A stretch of 64,000 nt of DNA from Candidatus Bathyarchaeota archaeon (GCA_963826715.1 CAWGYA010000006.1:139220-203219), one strand, 5' to 3'. Shown: positions 28,830 through 38,691, counted from the first letter of the stretch. The notes: generated by a model from the sequence alone, not told the origin. Made by a program: numbers and translations.

Positions 28830-31520
28830 TTATTTTTTATTGCTATTGTTAACTACCGGTACATATCCGCTGCTTTGATTGATTTCTTTGATGATGTTGG
28901 TTGCATGTACGCCATGTTCAAGCAGATAAGAACGAGAAAGATACCTTTCGAAATCATTAGATTTACTGTAGAGTAACTGCATTTCGTCGAAGGATTCCAT
29001 ATCTTCAGGTTTTCCGCGTCCACCAACTACAAGTACTCTGGTTATCCAAGGATCTCGAGATTCCACGACACGAACAGTGATAGTTCTGGAAACTTCACTT
29101 GTAACGTAGCCTGCCAACGCAGTATAAACTTCCTGCGACATATCCTCAGTCCACATTTTTGGTGGAGTGGAAACAGTTACCCAGATATAGTCGGTTTTGT
29201 AAGTTGGCTTGTAACCCAAAATTGTCGGAGTCTTGAATGAGCGAACAACACTTTTTATGTAGTCTTTGAAGTGATCCATGTCTAAGATATCTTTGTAGAT
29301 TAAGTCGTGGGTTAAGCCCTCTTCTTGGTCCGTGAGTATCTTGAAAATAATTTTCAGTTGTTCGCGTTCTGTCAAGTCCGCAGATTTTTCGAAGTACCGT
29401 TTAGGTGAAGCTATTTGGGTCATCTTCGCCGTGTATTCGGAGTAGGCATCAACAATTTTGTTTAAACGTTTACGGTATTCAGAGGTTAATTCAAAACGTC
29501 TAGCCAACTTTTCGTAAAGCTTTATGGTACTGTCTACTTTGGCAAGGTTCTCGAGGGCAATAGCTTCCTCTTCGGCTATTCGTCTAATGTCTAGATCAAT
29601 ATTCATCAATTGCTCGCGTGCATATCGTTTAGAGCCAAAGAATTTGCGCGCTTGCACATCCAACTTATGTTTATCGAATTCTTTACGTTTCTTAACTTCT
29701 GCAACACGCAAAGCTTCATTGTCGAGAACACCTCGTTTCTGCAAGCGCTTAGCTAAAATTTCATTGATGTATGTGAGGTGCTCATCAATCATCTTGGATT
29801 CGTCGCTGGGTGTACGAAGCATAAGCTGTATTACGAGATAAAGCGTTCCAAGTTCTTTTTGAATATCATGTAACTCTTGCAGTTCCATTTCGGATTCAGG
29901 CAGAACCTCGTAGTAGCGGATAAGTGCATCAGTTAAATAGCGAGTTTCATCATAGAATTTAAGTAGATTGAGGGTTTTCTCGGCGATTTCAGTGATGTTC
30001 ACCAAGTCATCAAGAACTTTCTTTTGGCGAAGCGTGAATACTTGCGAGCTGGGGATAAGCTGCTTTAAGCGCTCAAGGATTTCAGCTTTGCGTTCCGAAA
30101 AATCCAGATGTGTTTTTGTTAAGTTTGTAAGTAGGGCTTCTAAGTTGTTCACTTTTCGGGAGCCCTCCTTGCGCAGTGAAAGATTGATTATGGCTTCTTC
30201 AATAGGTCCTATTTTACCCATTAGTTTTATGGTTGAGAGGAATTTCATTATATCCTCTATCCAGTTTCTAGCTTGAATCTCGATACCTTTTACGTGCAGT
30301 GCAATGTCCTCTTCAAGTCGCGGATTGCTATTGACAACAGTCTTTAGTTTCTCCTCAAATTGTTCCTCATTGAAGGTTCCGCTTTTTATGAAATAGTTTT
30401 TGAATAGTTCACGCACAACGTCATTGTCAACTTTGACAATGCTATCTATTTCATCGATAATGTTGAGCTTTTCTTTTCTGGATTCCTGCAAAAACTGCAT
30501 GCCTTCAAAGTTAAGTTTGAAAGCGGCAATATAGTCTTCAACTGGATACATCACTTTAACCATGCCAAGAGTATGTGTTGAATTGGTTGTTAATCCGACC
30601 TCGGTGCCGATACCACCCATCAAGTCTGCTAGGTCAAAGTCCATAAGAACATAGAGTAAATCAACAACCATGGCATCCATTTCTTTTCGGGCGCTTACGA
30701 TGTTACCGACTTTTGAGAATGCTGGAAGTAACGGCAAATAAATTAGGGCATTGAGGGGGTTTCGATAGACATCACCAAACACTTTGCATACGTATTCATT
30801 GTAATCTTTGTTTAACAATAAAGATAGCTCATTCATAGCAACAAAGGCTGAGCACCCTTTTGCTGGAGGGTCATCTCCACCACAGGGGGTAATCACAAAG
30901 GCAATTATAGGAACACCTGAACCTAAAACCTTACGCAGGTGTCTAGAGAAATCAAAGAATACACCGCTACCTGTGCCGCCGCCTAAACCGTAAACCAAAG
31001 CAACTGTTGGCGTAACTATTGATGAAAGCGCTTGCTCTTTGAAGGCAGTGATGCAGTTTTTAATGATACCGAGTTGGTAATAGTTCAAAGCGTAAATAGC
31101 TTTAGCAAGTGCACGTCTTCGCCCAGCACCACCCGCCATCGGAGGAACCGCCATTGTTGATTGGAGCCAAGGAATATAAGTTGCAAGTTTTGCGCCCTCA
31201 TTGGTGACGTATTCTCCGTATTTTTGGTTGATAAAGTCAAACATTGCTTCTGCTGTTGGGAACTTGACAGATTCGGCAATTAGCCTCATGCGTTCTTTGG
31301 GTACACCTGCTTTTGCGAGGGCTTTAGAGATTTGAGCGTGAGTTTCCTGAAGACTACGGATTTCTGGATCAGCAATGTCGATGGCTAACAGAGAAAGACG
31401 TGTTAAGTCGTTCTCTATTAATTCCTTGGTTTTTTTGTTGGCTAAGAAGGTTTCAACAATATTTGTGCCTGCTGAACCCAAACCAATCAGATGAACACTA
31501 TTCTGGTAGATTCTCGTTGT
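28830..31520 (-). CDS. Large tubulin/FtsZ-superfamily GTPase (Tubulin_2-like) with long coiled-coil insertion
   Basis: VHLIGLGSAGTNIV (T1, partly upstream of the ORF-track start), LAID, GGAGRRR (T3), GLGGGTGSG (T4), DFDLAD (T7). True start is unresolved within 31481-31520. Confidence 0.88.
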   Translation of the reverse strand, partial: TTRIYQNSVHLIGLGSAGTNIVETFLANKKTKELIENDLTRLSLLAIDIADPEIRSLQETHAQISKALAKAGVPKERMRLIAESVKFPTAEAMFDFINQKYGEYVTNEGAKLATYIPWLQSTMAVPPMAGGAGRRRALAKAIYALNYYQLGIIKNCITAFKEQALSSIVTPTVALVYGLGGGTGSGVFFDFSRHLRKVLGSGVPIIAFVITPCGGDDPPAKGCSAFVAMNELSLLLNKDYNEYVCKVFGDVYRNPLNALIYLPLLPAFSKVGNIVSARKEMDAMVVDLLYVLMDFDLADLMGGIGTEVGLTTNSTHTLGMVKVMYPVEDYIAAFKLNFEGMQFLQESRKEKLNIIDEIDSIVKVDNDVVRELFKNYFIKSGTFNEEQFEEKLKTVVNSNPRLEEDIALHVKGIEIQARNWIEDIMKFLSTIKLMGKIGPIEEAIINLSLRKEGSRKVNNLEALLTNLTKTHLDFSERKAEILERLKQLIPSSQVFTLRQKKVLDDLVNITEIAEKTLNLLKFYDETRYLTDALIRYYEVLPESEMELQELHDIQKELGTLYLVIQLMLRTPSDESKMIDEHLTYINEILAKRLQKRGVLDNEALRVAEVKKRKEFDKHKLDVQARKFFGSKRYAREQLMNIDLDIRRIAEEEAIALENLAKVDSTIKLYEKLARRFELTSEYRKRLNKIVDAYSEYTAKMTQIASPKRYFEKSADLTEREQLKIIFKILTDQEEGLTHDLIYKDILDMDHFKDYIKSVVRSFKTPTILGYKPTYKTDYIWVTVSTPPKMWTEDMSQEVYTALAGYVTSEVSRTITVRVVESRDPWITRVLVVGGRGKPEDMESFDEMQLLYSKSNDFERYLSRSYLLEHGVHATNIIKEINQSSGYVPVVNNSNKK

Positions 31521-31523
31521 CTA

Positions 31524-32471
31524 TCACATCCCGACTATTCTTTTTAGTCTATCCTTAACAGATTCCAAGTTAGTTGACATTGCACGGTCAAGTCTTGCCG
31601 CACGCATTGTTAGACCCTCTAAGTCCTTAATTTGATCTTCAACAACCAATTGGAAATAACTTATTTTGCCGCGGGCTCTTAGAAACAAAACTACAAACAC
31701 TACTGCTATTGCCGCTGTTACACCGACAATTGGCAAAAAGAGCATTTGCAAAGTTGAGCCTGCTGGCACTCCAGTGGTATCCAAGCTATCTAGCATTATG
31801 AGTGCACCGTCAACGTCACCAGTGTTAGCCACTTCTTGGGCTGCATTAAGACCATTACTATAGAGTTCTATAAAATACTGATCCACGCCATTATCAATCA
31901 ATGACTGCAGTTTATCCTCTTTTTGGCTAAGTAGTGTTAAGAAATTATCCATTTTTGCGCTAGTTGCAGTAATTGTGATTTTATCAAGGGCAACTCCACC
32001 CGATGGACCAAATAAGCTAAGAGCAGTCAGGGATTTAGTGTTGTTGCTACTTGTTGGAACTTTTCCGTATAATGTAATAGTAAATTGCCCAGCAACCCAG
32101 TTAAACTCTGTAGAAGCTGTGTTGGGGCTGAATGCTGAACCTAAATCATAATCTGATGTTTCGATTGACCAATATGGACCTGAAGTTGGTTTCAACAGAC
32201 CTGAAGTAAGTTTAAGATTACCGGAACCAGAAGCAATGACGTTAACGTCAAAAGTTACTTTTATGCTAGCTCCAGGCAAAATTGGTGAGTAACTATCTGT
32301 TCTATTTGTGCTTGGGTTATATTGCGCTAGAAGCTGGTTTGTCTGGGCATCATAGATTGAGAAACTTGTTATCCAACTTCCTTCCCCTACACCTTGAACA
32401 AATGTTGTTTGAGTTAAAAATATGACAGTAAGTATTAGGATAATGCTTGAGGCTAAGATCTTTTTTTTCAT
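31524..32471 (-). CDS. Cell-surface protein: signal peptide, beta-rich extracellular domain, one TM, short cytoplasmic coiled coil
   Basis: MKKKILAS signal; S/T/G-rich beta region; TM ~243-265; helical tail; abuts the tubulin-like gene. Confidence 0.78.
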   Translation of the reverse strand: MKKKILASSIILILTVIFLTQTTFVQGVGEGSWITSFSIYDAQTNQLLAQYNPSTNRTDSYSPILPGASIKVTFDVNVIASGSGNLKLTSGLLKPTSGPYWSIETSDYDLGSAFSPNTASTEFNWVAGQFTITLYGKVPTSSNNTKSLTALSLFGPSGGVALDKITITATSAKMDNFLTLLSQKEDKLQSLIDNGVDQYFIELYSNGLNAAQEVANTGDVDGALIMLDSLDTTGVPAGSTLQMLFLPIVGVTAAIAVVFVVLFLRARGKISYFQLVVEDQIKDLEGLTMRAARLDRAMSTNLESVKDRLKRIVGM

Positions 32472-32905
32472 TTTGACCCCTTTCAGACTTTCTTAAAGAT
32501 ACATATAACACTTATGCTTTTCCAATCCATGAAGAAAATTATTAATACCCAATGATTTCTCTCAAAATCAAATAAACAAACCTTTAATCTTAGCTGTTAA
32601 TCAGGATTCAAACAGTTACTCAAATTTTTGATAAGCAAGTGTAGTATATTTTCAAAACTCAAAAAGGCTAAACGCTTATCAAAGTTTCAAAAAGTAGCCT
32701 TTAAAGTGTACTTCCATAAAAATATTCAATTTTGCAAAATTATTTCAGCAAAGCATAGAAAAATCGAACATATACACTTTCTAATAAAACTATTTTTGCG
32801 CACCCTTTCGCCACTGTATCCAAAATAAAAAGTTTCAACAAAATTCCAATAGTTTTACTACTGACAATAAAGAATAAAACCCCGCAACATCACCATTGTG
32901 GCACA

Positions 32906-33844
32906 GTGATTACATTGGAAATCGTAAACGTCCGTTTACCCAAAAAAATCATACTAGACATTGACAAACTTGCCAAAAAACATAGTCTAACCCGTTCAGA
33001 AGTTCTTCGCCAAGCCCTAACCATTTACCTGCATTTAACCGAAAACGTCGGCACCATGCTGCGACCAATAGTTTTCCAAGTTAAACCCGCTCAAATCAGC
33101 TACACCCGACGCGGTGACGTATCAATATTAAAAATGCCAACAGGTCACGCTATAGTAGCTGGTTCGACATCCAGCGGCGCCGTTGGTCCTAAAAAGATGG
33201 ATGAAGTGAAAGTTGATGGTCAGGTGCTGGGCAAGTTTTTGGCACGAGTTGCACTTATGGATGTAACAGCAATGGGTGCTTTCCCACTACTGTTGTCAGT
33301 TACACTAGGCGTGGAAAAAGAGCCAACGGGCAATGAAATAATTGAAGGCATCAGCCGAGTAGCCCGAAGCATAGGCTTAGACCCCAACCAAGTGATCATG
33401 GAAAACACCGAGGACAACTTTCAAACATTACAGACGGGAGCAGGTTTAACCGTGTTAGGCTTAGCAAACGAGAACGAGTTACGGCTTGGCAAAACTTTAC
33501 CTGGTGATTTAATTGTTGCAGTCGGCAAGCCAAAAGTCGGCGAAGAAGTCATCATGGCAGAAGCACACGGTGAAATAGCAGAGCTCAAAAATGTAACACA
33601 ACTTACTCAAAGAAAATACGTTCACGACATTGCACCAGTAGGGGGCTTCGGGATTGCTAGTGAAGCCAAAATGATGGCGTACGGTGTGGGACGACAGTTA
33701 AGGTTTATGGAGACAACAGAACTAGATTTAGATACGTCAGCTGGTCCAGCCACAGTTGTGCTTGCAACCATCGATAGGGAGCGGCTTGAGGATTTACGAA
33801 CGCTTATCCCAAAACCTATCAACGTTATAGGAGAAATACTTTAA
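32906..33844 (+). CDS. Ribbon-helix-helix (CopG/NikR-like) domain fused to an alpha-ribazole kinase (CblS)-like domain
   Basis: IVNVRLPK...TRSEVLRQAL RHH; SSGAVGPK, ARVALMD, TEDNF.TLQTG.G, VGKPKVGEEV, HDIAPVG and SAGPAT CblS-like motifs. Confidence 0.78.
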   Translation: MITLEIVNVRLPKKIILDIDKLAKKHSLTRSEVLRQALTIYLHLTENVGTMLRPIVFQVKPAQISYTRRGDVSILKMPTGHAIVAGSTSSGAVGPKKMDEVKVDGQVLGKFLARVALMDVTAMGAFPLLLSVTLGVEKEPTGNEIIEGISRVARSIGLDPNQVIMENTEDNFQTLQTGAGLTVLGLANENELRLGKTLPGDLIVAVGKPKVGEEVIMAEAHGEIAELKNVTQLTQRKYVHDIAPVGGFGIASEAKMMAYGVGRQLRFMETTELDLDTSAGPATVVLATIDRERLEDLRTLIPKPINVIGEIL

Positions 33845-34320
33845 CCGAGATGCCTCAACATGTGTCCGTTGCGGTCAATTTCTCCGCTTATAATACGTGT
33901 AGTAGAGATGGGGCATTCATTTTCTGCTTGAACCATTTCCACTGTAACTATATCAAGATGCAACAAACCCACTTTTTGACGTTTCACGTTAATAATTTGT
34001 GCAATCTGGGCTGTTTCTTGGCTTACAATTATAGCTTCCAAACCTTTTGCTGACAGGGTTAAACCGACAGGATCGTTAAGCGGCACAATTTCAGACCTCC
34101 TTAATAACCCAGATGCCGCTAAATACCCGTTGAGTTCTCCAAGGCGTTTTGTATAGGACGAAGTTTTGTGGGGCTTATCCAATCGTGAAACAAATCGGTC
34201 AGATGTTAAGCCGATAACCACATTTTTTCCAACCTCAAAAGCTTTAGCCAACAACGCTTCGTGCCCTCTGTGGAGCTGGTCGAAGGTTCCGCCAACAGCT
34301 ACTTTTTTGAATCTTTTCAT
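33841..34320 (-). CDS. coaD: Phosphopantetheine adenylyltransferase (archaeal/eukaryotic type)
   Basis: GGTFDQLHRGH, IGLTSD, IVSQET and ISTTRI..GEID motifs. Confidence 0.93.
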   Translation of the reverse strand: MKRFKKVAVGGTFDQLHRGHEALLAKAFEVGKNVVIGLTSDRFVSRLDKPHKTSSYTKRLGELNGYLAASGLLRRSEIVPLNDPVGLTLSAKGLEAIIVSQETAQIAQIINVKRQKVGLLHLDIVTVEMVQAENECPISTTRIISGEIDRNGHMLRHLG

Positions 34321-35243
34321 TTTATCAGCCTAAAGCCTTGAAAATCTATTTCGCTAATGAACACTTGATTTGAGGGCAAGGTTCGCTTAAAAGCTTCTGC
34401 CACCATGTTAGCGTTTTTCTCTTCAACCACTGCATGTACAGCTTCACCAATCATGTTCTGAGCGGCACCTACAGCCCCTGCTTCCTTAGCTGCATCCACA
34501 AGTTTGTATATTCTCTCGGTAGCAAAACCAGCCGCCTGGGAAAAATCCCAGCAGTACTTCAAAAAATTATCGAGACAGGGCTTTTGAAGTATGGCTTTTA
34601 AAGCTTTTCTACCTAATCCTTTGATTTCCTGTTTTTTCTCTTTGGATGATAAAACCGATTTAGGGATACATTCGGAATAGTAACCAACGACAATTTTGTA
34701 ATTAGATGGGATAGGGATGCGGTCGATTTGACAGACACCAGGGGCACCTGCTTTTATTACGAGGATGAGTCCGCCGCCAAAATTAAGTGAGCTAACGGTT
34801 CCCAAGCCTGTATGGCACTGGATTTCTGAGATGTGGGCAGCTTGCCCGATTTGGTTAAAGGTCAAGGCTAAGTTAAGGGCTTCTTTTAATGCTAATCCAG
34901 CGGTTAATGCACCACCTGCGCTCGTCCCAAATCCCATGCCTATTGGAACCTCAATCTGGTGCTCAACAGTGATTGCGTATTTCTTCTTCGTTTGTTGAAG
35001 AAGCATTTCAATTGTGTGACGCGTGGTTTTGGCTTGACTATGCTGGTTGTTAATAGTAATGTTGATATTATTTTTTTCAGCCGGTATCGCGGTAACGGTT
35101 GTGTAAATGCCTTTTGTGAGACCGAAGCCTCCGCCTATAGCACCAATTTGGCGTATATCCACTATGGGTTTACCGCCTTGGGTGTCATGGATTTCAAAAA
35201 AGCTAGAAATTGCACCTGGCGCGAAGGATTTAGCTTTTTTCAA
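34317..35243 (-). CDS. Pantoate kinase (GHMP family)
   Basis: FAPGAISSFF, PIGMGFGTSAG, AHISE...TGLG and QNMIG motifs. Confidence 0.88.
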   Translation of the reverse strand: MKKAKSFAPGAISSFFEIHDTQGGKPIVDIRQIGAIGGGFGLTKGIYTTVTAIPAEKNNINITINNQHSQAKTTRHTIEMLLQQTKKKYAITVEHQIEVPIGMGFGTSAGGALTAGLALKEALNLALTFNQIGQAAHISEIQCHTGLGTVSSLNFGGGLILVIKAGAPGVCQIDRIPIPSNYKIVVGYYSECIPKSVLSSKEKKQEIKGLGRKALKAILQKPCLDNFLKYCWDFSQAAGFATERIYKLVDAAKEAGAVGAAQNMIGEAVHAVVEEKNANMVAEAFKRTLPSNQVFISEIDFQGFRLIK

Positions 35244-35253
35244 GATTTATCCC

Positions 35254-35988
35254 TTAGTTTAACGTTCGTCTTAAGCTTGGGAATGCTCTATAACATGCTT
35301 TTATAACTGGTGGTCCGACAAGCAAAATAAAAGGGACCTCTGTGGCAAAAGTCCAGACGAACAGTGGTAGAACTAGAGACGCTGCAAAGGGAACCCCGAA
35401 GTAAGAAAGGAAAAATGGGCTCGCTAACCACACAGTAACAGATAGCAAGATAGCTCCCACGATTTGCCCAGCGACAGCACCAATGGCATAGCTTCTCCAT
35501 TCGACCCAGCGGATAGAGACAACTGCGATTGTAACTAAACTTCCAACAATTGTTAAAACGAACGTTAAAATGATAACCTGAGAGGCCAAACCTGTAAGAG
35601 CTTCAAAATCCGGAAGAAACACCAGAGTAGGGACTAACAAACCCACAGCAGCCAAAGTCACACCTGTAAGTGCTTGTTTCAGGCTTATGTTTCTAAAAGA
35701 TATGTATCCAATTAAGAAAAACAGCAGAAAGTTCGCCGGCACACCTGCCACAAGGCTTAAGGCCGCGTTACCGTGAACAAACATATCTCTTATGAAGATA
35801 CCAATAGCGCCGCTTAATCCCCCAACCCAAGGACCATACAATGCAGCGAAGATCGCAGGAATGACAACAGCAGGCAAAAAACCGATTCCAAAGAAACTAA
35901 AATTTGCAGTTAAAATTCCAAATACCGCGTAGAGTGCTGAACAAATTCCAATTACAGCTATGTCTTGAGTTTTAAAGTGAGTATTCAA
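35254..35988 (-). CDS. ECF transporter S component
   Basis: IAVIGICSALYA and PA...LYGPWVGG.SGAIG..I.D pattern; multiple TM. Confidence 0.8.
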   Translation of the reverse strand: MNTHFKTQDIAVIGICSALYAVFGILTANFSFFGIGFLPAVVIPAIFAALYGPWVGGLSGAIGIFIRDMFVHGNAALSLVAGVPANFLLFFLIGYISFRNISLKQALTGVTLAAVGLLVPTLVFLPDFEALTGLASQVIILTFVLTIVGSLVTIAVVSIRWVEWRSYAIGAVAGQIVGAILLSVTVWLASPFFLSYFGVPFAASLVLPLFVWTFATEVPFILLVGPPVIKACYRAFPSLRRTLN

Positions 35989-36094
35989 GTAATATCCCTT
36001 AAACTGAGCTTACTCTTCAGATATTATGACGCAAATAAGTATTCCGTATATATGGTTTAGACACGATTAGATTAATGATAAGATGATGATACAA

Positions 36095-36412
36095 CTAAGT
36101 TATTTTTGTTTGCCTTTTTAGAAGTTCCTCGTGATCACGTAAATATTCTTTCTTCGAGTAAATGTATCGTTGGTTGCTTTCGGGTAGGGGTGATTGGTGT
36201 TTGTAGCCACGTTTCTGCATTTCCAAGACTTGTTCGCCATGCCTATAGTATAGTTGTTCTATTCTGTTTTGGAACCGTAGGGTCTGTGGGTGATGTTGGT
36301 ATGATTTGTATTTTCTCTGCAGTGCGCCTACTATGCAGTGAAGTTCTGCGTGTTCGCCAAGCAGATGCTGGCGGTCGAGTTCGCTTACAGGAACACACCA
36401 GATTCTAACCAT
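36095..36412 (-). CDS. Pyrimidine dimer DNA glycosylase/T4 endonuclease V family protein
   Basis: MVRIW...LDRQHLLGEH.ELH, HP, RH...EM.KRGY.H.SPL. Confidence 0.8.
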   Translation of the reverse strand: MVRIWCVPVSELDRQHLLGEHAELHCIVGALQRKYKSYQHHPQTLRFQNRIEQLYYRHGEQVLEMQKRGYKHQSPLPESNQRYIYSKKEYLRDHEELLKRQTKIT

Positions 36413-36465
36413 ACCTAATTAACCGTTTTAAAACCTATAATGAACGCTAAATCAAACAAGCGAAG

Positions 36466-36801
36466 CTATTTTTTATGTCTTTTAATTCTGTCTTGCCGTT
36501 GTTCTTTCTTGCGCCAATCCCTCTTCCGTTGCGTCTGCATCGAGAAACGTTCTTGTCGTGGAGCATCCGTCTTCCGGAAACGTGAAACATTCATGTAGAA
36601 GGTTTCTGGATCTATTTTGTTCTCGGACAATTCTTGAATATTTCTGTTAAGTTCAGTTTTTGCATATTCGTCACGCGCCTTATCGAAGGCTTCTTCATAA
36701 ACAAGGTATGCAGCGTGGAACTGAAAATTCTCAGGGTCATCAACTAAAAGTTTTTCAATTTGGGTTTGGGGGTTGTTTTGCTCGTTTGGTTGTTCGCTCA
36801 T
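36466..36801 (-). CDS. Hypothetical protein with basic C-terminus
   Basis: ATG at 36801 (MSEQPN...); protein-like composition. Confidence 0.65.
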   Translation of the reverse strand: MSEQPNEQNNPQTQIEKLLVDDPENFQFHAAYLVYEEAFDKARDEYAKTELNRNIQELSENKIDPETFYMNVSRFRKTDAPRQERFSMQTQRKRDWRKKEQRQDRIKRHKK

Positions 36802-36960
36802 GTTTAATCCGCTTTGATGTAGGCAATGATTGTTTTTCACCCTTTTATAGGTGGTGCCTCAAAGACTCTGGGTTTGAGGAATTTTGCTGTAAATTTACCT
36901 CTCAAACGGTATAACAATTTTAATAAGGACGATACTTAACGATTTGTTGGAGAAATCATC

Positions 36961-38682
36961 TTGCCAGAAAAAATTCTAGTAACATCCGCTTGGCCTTACA
37001 TCAACGCCACTCCACATATAGGTAACCTCGTCGGGTCCGTCCTATCCGCCGACGTGACCGCCCGCTATTACCGCATGAAGGGGGCAGACACTTTAATGGT
37101 CAGCGGCTCCGACACTCACGGCACCCCTATGGAGGTAGCCGCCTTAAAAGAGGGTATAAGCCCCAAAGCTCTAACTGAGCGCAATCATACCCGCGTTGTC
37201 GAACTATTCGACCGCTGGGGGGCAGCTTTTGATAACTACACAAGCACAGAGAGCCCTGTGCACAAAGAATTCGTTCAAAAAACGCTGCTCGAAATCGAGA
37301 AGAACGGCTACATTTTCAACCAGGAAACCCAGATGCTCTACTGCGAACACGATCAGCGCTTCCTCCCCGACCGCTACGTTGAAGGCAAATGCCCCTACTG
37401 CAATTGTGAAAAAGCCCGTGGCGACCAATGCGACAGATGCGGCAAACTTTTAGAACCCACATGCCTCATTGAACCCTATTGCACGATTTGCAAAAATACT
37501 CCAGTGATCAAAACCACAAGGCACTGGTATATTGACCTTTCAAAACTCGAGCAGCCACTTATTGAGTATATAGAAAAAAACCCTCAACTCCCATCAAATG
37601 TTAAATGTTTCAGCCTAAACTGGATAAAAGAAGGCCTCAAACCTCGTGCAGTTACTCGCGATGTAGAATGGGGCATACCTGCACCATTTAAGGGGGCAGA
37701 AGGCAAAACAATCTATGTCTGGATAGAAGCGGTCTTGGGCTACATATCCGCTACCATAGAACAGTGTCGCAACATGAATCAACCAGACAAATGGCGCGAA
37801 TACTGGCTAAACAAAGATTCTAAAACATTGTACTTTGTGGGCAAAGACAATATCCCATTCCACACAATTATTTTGCCAGCATTGCTGTTGGCATCGGGGC
37901 AAGGTTATAACCTGCCCTATAATGTTTCTGCCACCGAGTTCCTCCAGTTTCGAGGGCAGAAAGCCTCTAAAAGCCAAAAAGTTGGCATCTGGATAGATGA
38001 AGCCTTAGAAATGTACTCTGTTGACTACTGGCGTTTCTTCCTAATCGCAACTCGCCCCGAGAGCAAAGACACAAACTTTACATGGGAAATGTTCCGCGAG
38101 AAAATCAACGCCGACCTAAATGATACATTCGGGAACTTCATCCATCGCACACTAACCTTCATTAACAGCAAGTTTGAGGGGCAAATTCCAGCACCTACCA
38201 AAATGGACGCAGACGACCTAGCAATCCTGGACTGCATCAAAACCAAAGTTGAAGAAATGGCTAAAGAAATCGAAGATGGATGGCTCCAATCTGCTGCCAA
38301 CACATTAATAGCGATCAGCCGAGTGGGCAACCAATATCTCAACACTAAAGAGCCATGGAACTTGATAAAAGCAGACAAGGAGAAGGCAGGCACCATTTTC
38401 TACGTTGCTGCGCAAGTCGTTAAAACCATCACTACAGTTGTCGCACCATTTATGCCACAGATTGCACAACAACTTCGGGAAACATTGAATGTTGTAGGAC
38501 CTATGGGTTATTATCCAAATCAGAATTATCAATGCCAAATATATCACTGGTCAGATGCAGTAATACCGCTTAAGCCAGAACACAAAATCAATAAACCACA
38601 ACCGCTGTTCAAGAAAATAGATTTGGACGACGACAAACTCGACGAGCAACTCGCTAAGGTTAGAGAGAAATTGGGCAAGTGA
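36961..38682 (+). CDS. metG: Methionine--tRNA ligase (no C-terminal tRNA-binding domain)
   Basis: WPY..HIGN, two-knuckle Zn domain, YVW, GKDNIPFH and KASKS motifs. Confidence 0.96.
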   Translation: MPEKILVTSAWPYINATPHIGNLVGSVLSADVTARYYRMKGADTLMVSGSDTHGTPMEVAALKEGISPKALTERNHTRVVELFDRWGAAFDNYTSTESPVHKEFVQKTLLEIEKNGYIFNQETQMLYCEHDQRFLPDRYVEGKCPYCNCEKARGDQCDRCGKLLEPTCLIEPYCTICKNTPVIKTTRHWYIDLSKLEQPLIEYIEKNPQLPSNVKCFSLNWIKEGLKPRAVTRDVEWGIPAPFKGAEGKTIYVWIEAVLGYISATIEQCRNMNQPDKWREYWLNKDSKTLYFVGKDNIPFHTIILPALLLASGQGYNLPYNVSATEFLQFRGQKASKSQKVGIWIDEALEMYSVDYWRFFLIATRPESKDTNFTWEMFREKINADLNDTFGNFIHRTLTFINSKFEGQIPAPTKMDADDLAILDCIKTKVEEMAKEIEDGWLQSAANTLIAISRVGNQYLNTKEPWNLIKADKEKAGTIFYVAAQVVKTITTVVAPFMPQIAQQLRETLNVVGPMGYYPNQNYQCQIYHWSDAVIPLKPEHKINKPQPLFKKIDLDDDKLDEQLAKVREKLGK

Positions 38683-38691
38683 GGAAGCGGT

